Notes under the pieces: generated by a model
The model's input: only the letters and a program-made list of their open reading frames with translations
Told to the model about the DNA's origin: nothing
Databases searched by the model: none
Position numbers and translations under genes: made by a program
In this document: positions 57,490-64,000 of the stretch, piece by piece
Numbering within the stretch: position 1 is the stretch's first letter
Layout: each line of letters starts with the position of its first letter
Source of the DNA: Candidatus Latescibacterota bacterium
GTDB taxonomy: Bacteria; Krumholzibacteriota; Krumholzibacteriia; WVZY01; JAKEHA01
Assembly: GCA_963707635.1 (NCBI GenBank)
Contig: OY970173.1
Location: 2,528,001 to 2,592,000 of the forward strand
Direction: 5' to 3'
DNA: 64,000 nucleotides

Positions 57490-59208
57490 CTACTTTAGCA
57501 GCACCATCTTTTTCGTCTGCACGAACGCGCCTGCCTTCATACGGTAGAAGTAAACGCCGCTCGCCACGGGACGTCCGGATTGATCCCTTCCGTCCCAAGT
57601 GGCCTCGAATGACCCTTCCGGCTCCGTGCCGCTCGTGAGCACGCGAACCAGTCTTCCGTCGACGCCGAACACGGCGAGCTGGACATCGGACCGTTCCATC
57701 AACGTGTAGCGAATCGTCGTCGTCGGGTTGAAGGGGTTCGGATAGTTTTGTTCGAGGCCAAAGCTTCGCGGCGCCGAGTCACCCACGCCGGTCGGCGACA
57801 TCCGCGTGATCACGAACGCCAGGTCAATGCTTTGTCCTCCGTTCGGGAGACCAATCGGCCACGTCAGCTCCTGCCACGGCAGGGGCGGTGGTACGAGCCT
57901 GCTGGGGGCCCAAACCGCATCGTCCTGGAAATGGATCCCCGTGTAGGGTGCTGGATACGCGCTCAGGTCTGCCGTCTTCCAGCCGACAAGCCCGTCCGCC
58001 GCCATCGACACATCGAGCCAATAGATGTGGCCCTCCTCCTGGATGAACGGTTGCGCGATCGAATCGATATCACACCGAAACATCGCAATGTGGTTTGCCG
58101 GCACGTATCCCTGACTCGGATCGTACCAAGACTGACCACCCGTGTCGTACCCCACGAATTTCACTTTGGGGTCAAGCGCCGGAATGTCCCGCTCCCACAG
58201 CAGAGCGCCCGGATGACTGTACGGATTGGTGGCGTCGGCCGGAACGTCGTCGTGGATGCTCAAGTGCACGTTGTGGATCTGTTGCTTAAGCGGTTGGCCT
58301 GGAAAGGTCCAGTCACCGAACGGGGAAAACCAGAAGTGAATGCCATCGACGGGGCCTGACTCCGAGCACCTCCAATCGTCCGCCGCCACGCGTGGTTCCG
58401 AGAAGTTGACGTCCGCACCGGTCGGATCCGGGCTCTGCTGAAAGTGCATCTTGTGATCGAATACCGTCACGGCCCCATTGATGACAAAAGCCATGTCCAT
58501 TCCCTGCCCCTCGTTGGGGCCGAGGGGATAGTTGAGGGGACAAGCAACCCCCGAGCAATAGGACACCGCGCGATCCTGATAGTAGTGACCGGTGGACGGG
58601 CTGGGGTACTGACTGCGTTCGGACGAAACCCAACCAACCTGCCCTGCGGTGAATATCCAGATCGCCAACCAGTAGACCGTGTCTTTCTTTTGATAGAAGG
58701 GATCAGGAATCCCGGTGACGTTGCACTCGAAGATCTTCTGGCTGTCGTTGGGGACCACATTCGTAGGATCCGTGGAATACCAGGTCTGATTTCCAGTGGC
58801 GTACTGGCGGATCTGAACGTGCGTGGGATCGACGAAGTACCCCCTCCACAGCGGTTGGCCTGGTCGGCTGAACGGGATCCCCCCCGAACCCGCCGGAAGA
58901 TCGGCATTGATTTGCAACACGACAGAATAGAATTGACCCGGGAATATCGGTTGACCCAGGTCGAACCAGTCGCCACGTGCCGAAAACAAGAAATGGATGT
59001 CATTGACCGGGCAGGTTTCGCTCGCACGCCAATCGTCTGCCTTCGAGTACGGGTAGGTGATTTCCACGCTGAAACCATTCGACTCCGGCAGCTGGGGGAA
59101 ATGCATCTTGTGGGCGCCGCCCGGGCTCCAGTCGGCGTTTGCCATGCTGGCGTTGAGAATGAGCAATTCCAGGACGGCACTGAATGTGGTCGCAATGCGA
59201 TGATTCAT
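57490..59208 (-). CDS. Secreted protein with two tandem homologous domains and a C-terminal sorting domain
   Basis: Signal peptide; HKMHFPQLP…ADDWR…DMAFVI and HKMHFQQSP…ADDWR…DLAFVI; QNYPNPFNP…KKMVLLK. Confidence 0.88.
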   Translation of the reverse strand: MNHRIATTFSAVLELLILNASMANADWSPGGAHKMHFPQLPESNGFSVEITYPYSKADDWRASETCPVNDIHFLFSARGDWFDLGQPIFPGQFYSVVLQINADLPAGSGGIPFSRPGQPLWRGYFVDPTHVQIRQYATGNQTWYSTDPTNVVPNDSQKIFECNVTGIPDPFYQKKDTVYWLAIWIFTAGQVGWVSSERSQYPSPSTGHYYQDRAVSYCSGVACPLNYPLGPNEGQGMDMAFVINGAVTVFDHKMHFQQSPDPTGADVNFSEPRVAADDWRCSESGPVDGIHFWFSPFGDWTFPGQPLKQQIHNVHLSIHDDVPADATNPYSHPGALLWERDIPALDPKVKFVGYDTGGQSWYDPSQGYVPANHIAMFRCDIDSIAQPFIQEEGHIYWLDVSMAADGLVGWKTADLSAYPAPYTGIHFQDDAVWAPSRLVPPPLPWQELTWPIGLPNGGQSIDLAFVITRMSPTGVGDSAPRSFGLEQNYPNPFNPTTTIRYTLMERSDVQLAVFGVDGRLVRVLTSGTEPEGSFEATWDGRDQSGRPVASGVYFYRMKAGAFVQTKKMVLLK

Positions 59209-59381
59209 GATGGCTCCTTGCGGCGGCGGACACCCGGCGCCTCTCTATCCCTTCTCTACTTCAAATGCCGGAGGGCGCAGAGGCGAACGGGTTTTTCCGA
59301 AGAAAGTTGGACGGCTACTTTGGTAGAGCTGTAGCCGGGCAGGCTGGACTGAACCTTACGGCCGGGCCGGTCAAGATGAGA

Positions 59382-59804
59382 TCAAGCTTGGTCGAGGGCG
59401 TTGACTATCGAACCTTCATCAAAGGTGAATGCCCACGCGGTGGTGACGAGTTCTTCGGGGGATTCGTATGACGGATCGATCTTGACGGCAGCAACCTTGT
59501 TGCAACAGGCCCTGCTCTTGGCAATCTCGAAGTTGATCCAGTTGCGGTGCCCAATGAGCGCGCGCTTCGGGTGGGGAGTGTCGGCGTACTTTCCGACAAT
59601 CACCAGCGTGTGGGTGGCCTCGTTGATTCTCGCCGTCAGCTGCGCCTTGGTCCGCTCGATGTTCTGCGTGTCAGTCTCTCTGGACGCCTGATCCGCGAAA
59701 ACAAACTCGTACTTGGGGTTGGCAACCCACGCCTCCAGCAGAGACTTGTATTCGCGGTCGTTCTCGTAATCAAAGATAACGAAGACCTTGCGCCTGTCGA
59801 TCAT
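59382..59804 (-). CDS. TIR-like domain protein (ThsB/DUF1863, MTH538-like)
   Basis: RKVFVIFDYEND, RINEATHTLVIVGK, NWINFEI (conserved Glu). Confidence 0.8.
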   Translation of the reverse strand: MIDRRKVFVIFDYENDREYKSLLEAWVANPKYEFVFADQASRETDTQNIERTKAQLTARINEATHTLVIVGKYADTPHPKRALIGHRNWINFEIAKSRACCNKVAAVKIDPSYESPEELVTTAWAFTFDEGSIVNALDQA

Positions 59805-59906
59805 GATTGCCTCTCGCGGTTTTCGGTTCCAGGAGGCGCAAGTCTAGCCGTGCAGACGAGCGCGGTCCCGCAAAACGTCCCGTTTTTGCCCATCGGATCC
59901 GCGCCG

Positions 59907-60185
59907 CTACGGCTTGTGTTGACGAAGGATCTCTTCGATTTCCTGCACCGAGAAAGCGCAGAGCTCAACTACCTTGGCCTGGGACCGGAATACCGGTGGC
60001 ACAATGGCACGGGCTTCTTGCTTGCTGTCGACGTCCACGACCATCCAGGCCTTATGTTCCCCGTCCTTGCATCCCCAGTCTGCGTTGGTAAGGAAATGGG
60101 AGCCGGACTTGAGAAAGACGTCGACGGCCCGAGCACACGGCACCGTTGCCGCTTCGTGTGGGACCTCAATTAGGAACCTTGCCAT
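59907..60185 (-). CDS. Small hypothetical protein (possible ferredoxin-like alpha/beta fold)
   Basis: AAGGAG RBS; MARFLIEVPH…WGCKDGEHKAWMVVDVDSKQEARAIVPP. Confidence 0.7.
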   Translation of the reverse strand: MARFLIEVPHEAATVPCARAVDVFLKSGSHFLTNADWGCKDGEHKAWMVVDVDSKQEARAIVPPVFRSQAKVVELCAFSVQEIEEILRQHKP

Positions 60186-60295
60186 CTTCTTGTATCTCCT
60201 TCTGAACAAAAGGCGCCGCGAGACCAGCAGATTCTACGGTTCCAATTTGGGAATGTAAAGACTCCCGGAAAGCGGAAGCGGCATCAGCGCGGCCG

Positions 60296-62245
60296 TTAGT
60301 TCTTCTTCCTCAAGAGCGACCGCAGTACGCCGCCGCGTCCGCCCTTGCCTGTCTGCTCCACGACGAAATCCCTGAACGAGGTCGAGCACAAGGCCGCGCC
60401 CTTGTCCGACTCGACGACATAGCCCCGGCGGACCAGATCCTCTTTGATGTACGCGAACTTCGCACTGATCGCCTTGCCGCCGGCCAGGCCGCCGAGGCTC
60501 TCCCGGGCGGGTTCGTCGAAGTGGTCCCAGATGGACCGGTAGTGCGGTCTCGCCTCCTCCATGAACACGTCGCGCACGTGCCGCCAGTCCAGCTCCCCGG
60601 CGGGATTGGTCATGAGTGCTTCGAAGGCCGCGGAGCACGCGATCTGCAAGAACATCGGGAAATACCCGGCGATCTCGATGATCCCCTCGGCGTGGCGCTC
60701 GAGGGGCACGCCCTCCTGCGCCGACGGCGTCACGATCAGCTCGAGCGCTTCCTCTCTGGAGAAGGGCCGGAGGATGAGATTGGAGAAAATGTTGAAAAAC
60801 GGCGAGTCGGAAATGTCCTTGTTGTGACACATCTTCTGCAGGTCTTCGTGCGAAGACGTCACATAGGCAACGCGATACGAGTTCGCCAACGCCCTCAAGA
60901 GCGAAAAGAACTGCCCTTCGAACCGCGGGTTCCGGGTGATCACCTCGAACTCGTCCATCAGGATGACGATCCGCTTCCCCTCGTCGTGGAGCTGCTGGAT
61001 GACGTTCTTGAGCTCGTCGAGCGTCCTCTCTCTCTTGGTATAGTCCCGCTCGGATTTGCTTTCGTAGCTGAACATGTTGAACACGAAATCGATGAATCGC
61101 GGCACGTCGAACTCGAGATCCTGCTGGAAGTCCAGGTACACGAAGATGGCCTCTTCGTGGTTAGTCATGTACTGCTTCCGGTTTCTCACCCGGTAGATGT
61201 GGTAGAGCAGGGATGACTTGCCGATTCGGCGGTCGCCGACGATCGAGATAGACTGCGGACGCGGCGCATCCAGACGCGAGTAGATGCGCCGGACCTCGCG
61301 TTCCCGGCCGAAGAACTCGTTCGGGTTTGCGATCATGACGCGGTTCAGATACGGATTGCGCTTGCTGCTTCGATCCGCGTACGCGCTGAGGCCGGAGAAC
61401 TTGGCCGAGGTCTCGCTGGTCTTGCCCTTGCTGGCTTCCGCCAGCACCTTGATGTCCGCCATCAGCTCGCCGAAGTCCCGGTAGCGATTGCGCGGGTCCT
61501 TCTCCAGGCATCGCAGACCCACGTTCTTGAACTGCTCCGGAACCCCTTCGGCAAACGCGATCTCTTTCTCGTTCAGGATGAGATAGATGAGCGCGGCGGG
61601 AAACTCGGCCTCGAACGGAAAGAAGCCATTCACCATGCGGTGAAAACAAACCCCGAATGCGAAGATGTCGACCCGGCCGTCGGTGTGCTCGTTCCGGATC
61701 TGCTCGGGCGCCATATAATGAGGCGTGCCGGCCGCGGTCATGCCCGTCGTCGTCTGGTCCTCGGCGCGAATCATCTTGGCCATGCCGAAGTCCAGCACCT
61801 TCACCTGCTGTTCACCCTCCGCTTCGTTGATCATGATGTTCCGAAGCGTCAGATCGCGATGGATCACCCCATGGTCGTGCGCGTACTTGAGCGCGCTGCA
61901 CGTCTGCATGGCGATCGTGCACACCTGAGGCAGCGTCAGGGGCGACGCCTTGACCAGTTCCAGGAGGGTGGGGCCGTTGACGAGCTCCATCACCATGTAG
62001 GGCTTCCCGTCGTCCTCGGCCGAATCGAAGACGGTGGCGATGTTGGCGTGGCTGAGTTTGGCCATTGCCTTCGCTTCGCGCAGGAACCGCACCTTGATCT
62101 CCGGTATCCCGCCGTCGTCCTCCAGGACCTTGATCGCGACGGGTCTCTCCAGGCTCACGTCGAACCCGTTGTAGACGATGGCGAATCCGCCCTTGCCGAT
62201 CCGCTTCCGGACGTCGTACTTGCCCTGGAGGAGCTTGCCGATCAT
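60296..62245 (-). CDS. Hanks-type protein kinase fused to a STAND-like P-loop ATPase
   Basis: GKGGFAIVY, VAIK, HRD, DFG, GTPHYMAPE; NPY…FFGRERE, GDRRIGKSS (Walker A), LMDEFE (Walker B). Confidence 0.9.
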   Translation of the reverse strand: MIGKLLQGKYDVRKRIGKGGFAIVYNGFDVSLERPVAIKVLEDDGGIPEIKVRFLREAKAMAKLSHANIATVFDSAEDDGKPYMVMELVNGPTLLELVKASPLTLPQVCTIAMQTCSALKYAHDHGVIHRDLTLRNIMINEAEGEQQVKVLDFGMAKMIRAEDQTTTGMTAAGTPHYMAPEQIRNEHTDGRVDIFAFGVCFHRMVNGFFPFEAEFPAALIYLILNEKEIAFAEGVPEQFKNVGLRCLEKDPRNRYRDFGELMADIKVLAEASKGKTSETSAKFSGLSAYADRSSKRNPYLNRVMIANPNEFFGREREVRRIYSRLDAPRPQSISIVGDRRIGKSSLLYHIYRVRNRKQYMTNHEEAIFVYLDFQQDLEFDVPRFIDFVFNMFSYESKSERDYTKRERTLDELKNVIQQLHDEGKRIVILMDEFEVITRNPRFEGQFFSLLRALANSYRVAYVTSSHEDLQKMCHNKDISDSPFFNIFSNLILRPFSREEALELIVTPSAQEGVPLERHAEGIIEIAGYFPMFLQIACSAAFEALMTNPAGELDWRHVRDVFMEEARPHYRSIWDHFDEPARESLGGLAGGKAISAKFAYIKEDLVRRGYVVESDKGAALCSTSFRDFVVEQTGKGGRGGVLRSLLRKKN

Positions 62246-64000
62246 TGCGACTGTTTCACCGCCCTCATATCGATCGTCTTTTCGGTGGTCTCGTTCGAGA
62301 TGATATCAATTACCGCGGTGTAGGTGTCAAAGTTAGGATTGCGCAACTCGATCTGGTACCGGCCGGGATCCAGACTGGTCTGGTATCGCGACTGTTCGCG
62401 CGATTGCAGCTCGCCGTTGATGTGGACGTCGGCGTAGGGCAGGATCTTGAGAATCAGCGTCCCCGGCGGCAGCTTGGTGAGCGTCTCGTGGACGGTATGG
62501 TTCGCGCTCTCGAGGGTGAGGGTGTTCTCGACCGGGTGATATCCCGCCAGCTTGAGCGCGATCGCGTGTTGCCCGTAGCTGAGAAACACCACCGCCGGCG
62601 TCTTTCCCTCCACGGTTCCGTCGACCAGGATCTGCGCGCCGTTGGGCTCGGTCTCGAACGTCACCTGGCAGTTCAGCTTCGAAAACGCGTGCGTGAATGC
62701 GAGCGTGGTGTCCTCCTGCACGCGAACCGCCGGCCACTCGTAGGCGGCATATTCGGGCAGCCGGAGGCCGACCCGGTGGAAGCCACCGGCGGGAAGCGCC
62801 TTCAGCGTGTCGGGGGTCTGCCGCCCGGTCTTCTGTCCATCCAGATAGATGTCGGCGCCGCCCGGCGACGAACCCACGACGAGGTTTCCGATCCGCTGCA
62901 CCAGAGCAAACGACACCTCCAGGGGTTCGTCCTTCTTGAGATTCAACGTGTCGGTGTGCTCCTTGTATCCATCGCGTTCGAGCCGCAGCACGGTCGGCCC
63001 CACCGCCGCCATCACGTTCTCCACCGGCGAGCGGTCGATGCGCCTCTCGTTCAGGAAGACCCACGCGCCCGGCGGCTCGGTTCGAATCGTCACGCGGGTG
63101 GAATCCACCTGGACCGCGAACGCGGCGCGCTCATTCTTGTCGATGTTCCGGGAGATCAGCACAAACGCCGCGGCAAGCACGACCACGACCGCGGGGACGA
63201 TGACCCCCAGCCTCGCCAGGCGCGGGCGGGACTTGGTCAGGCCTTCGCCGAGCCCCCCCTCGCTGGCCGCGACTTCGTCGACGACCTGCCAGATCGAGTG
63301 CATGCGCCCGATCCACTGGCGCCACAGGTCCATCTTGAACGTGTACGCGGACCCGGAATCGTCCTTGTCCAGGAGGTCGTGGTGGAACAGCTTCTCCAGG
63401 ACCTCCTGCAGCTTGTTGAGATCGACGTCGAACCCGATCTTCTCGCGGCTCGCGAACGCGACCACGTCCTTGGCCGACACCGCCTTGATTTCCTGCCGGC
63501 TGATCTCGCCGATGATCGACAACGCGATCTTTTCCATGTTCGGCATCGAGTTCCAGCTGAAGATCATCTGCGGCAGCGGATTCTCGACGATCTCATCCGT
63601 GACCTGTTGCAGGTCCTGCGCGGTCACGTCGTATTCGCGCCGCTCGTTGAGGTGATCCACGAGGACCTGGCAGTAGACCTGGGTGTAGAACGCCTGGCCG
63701 GCGGTGAGCGTGTAGATCTGCTCGGGCACACCTTCCTCGTAGCGAACGACGTTCTCGACCGGCTCCCGTATCAATCGCAGCGTGTCTCGCTTGCTGAGAT
63801 AGCTCACCCCGCGATAAAGAGCCTTGGTGAGAAAGCCCGACCAGTAGGGCGCGGTGCGTTCGTCCAGCCGGTCGGAGCCGGTGAAGATGACGAACGCCCC
63901 CTCCTGGTATTCGATCCAGTTGGCGAGCAGGTTGAGGACCGCCGTGCTGATCAGTTTCTTTTCGATGTGCGACTCGAAGATTTCGTACTCATCGAAGAGC
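62242..64000 (-). CDS. STAND-like ATPase + TM + PEGA repeats (5' end beyond window)
   Basis: The frame stays open to the window end (LFDEYE Walker B, FVIFTGS); TM GVIVPAVVVVLAAAFVLI; PEGA repeats (TEPPGAWVFLN, SSPGGADIYLDG, TEPNGAQILVDG). Confidence 0.88.
   Translation of the reverse strand, partial: LFDEYEIFESHIEKKLISTAVLNLLANWIEYQEGAFVIFTGSDRLDERTAPYWSGFLTKALYRGVSYLSKRDTLRLIREPVENVVRYEEGVPEQIYTLTAGQAFYTQVYCQVLVDHLNERREYDVTAQDLQQVTDEIVENPLPQMIFSWNSMPNMEKIALSIIGEISRQEIKAVSAKDVVAFASREKIGFDVDLNKLQEVLEKLFHHDLLDKDDSGSAYTFKMDLWRQWIGRMHSIWQVVDEVAASEGGLGEGLTKSRPRLARLGVIVPAVVVVLAAAFVLISRNIDKNERAAFAVQVDSTRVTIRTEPPGAWVFLNERRIDRSPVENVMAAVGPTVLRLERDGYKEHTDTLNLKKDEPLEVSFALVQRIGNLVVGSSPGGADIYLDGQKTGRQTPDTLKALPAGGFHRVGLRLPEYAAYEWPAVRVQEDTTLAFTHAFSKLNCQVTFETEPNGAQILVDGTVEGKTPAVVFLSYGQHAIALKLAGYHPVENTLTLESANHTVHETLTKLPPGTLILKILPYADVHINGELQSREQSRYQTSLDPGRYQIELRNPNFDTYTAVIDIISNETTEKTIDMRAVKQSQ

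Overview
High-GC chromosomal window, almost entirely coded on the minus strand. It most likely comes from an FCB-superphylum candidate lineage (Krumholzibacteriota/Eisenbacteria/Latescibacterota-like). This is inferred from several proteins with YPNPFNP...K/R-rich FlgD/T9SS-like C-terminal sorting domains, a PorV-family gene and a Bacteroidota-type primary sigma factor. Layout: (1) ppdK (partial) and an aldehyde dehydrogenase; (2) a cluster of large secreted proteins and lipoproteins (2.1-11.1 kb); (3) a housekeeping block (glyS-glyQ-recO-mgtE-corC-ybeY-7TM/HD-phoH, LysM lipoproteins, aspS-hisS, VanZ, PTS IIA, CdaR, amidase, M23, sigma70, HtrA, lpxH); (4) PorV plus an M6-like protein whose zinc motif is degenerate; (5) a sigma54 signalling locus; (6) rlmN, a secreted metalloprotease, Omp85 and an ECF sigma/anti-sigma operon; (7) eno-ftsB; (8) an accessory region around tRNA-fMet with a nucleotidyltransferase pair, an orphan TIR (ThsB-like) gene, a kinase-STAND ATPase and a STAND-TM-PEGA protein. 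The best candidate for an undescribed system is 38.8-46.4 kb. There, a small exported peptide gene sits directly upstream of a TPR-GAF-AAA+-HTH sigma54 activator, followed by two consensus -24/-12 promoters. One promoter precedes a structured ~270-nt non-coding segment, and the other precedes a lipoprotein/DUF4384 operon. No database searches or folding programs were run; family calls rest on motif recognition by eye.
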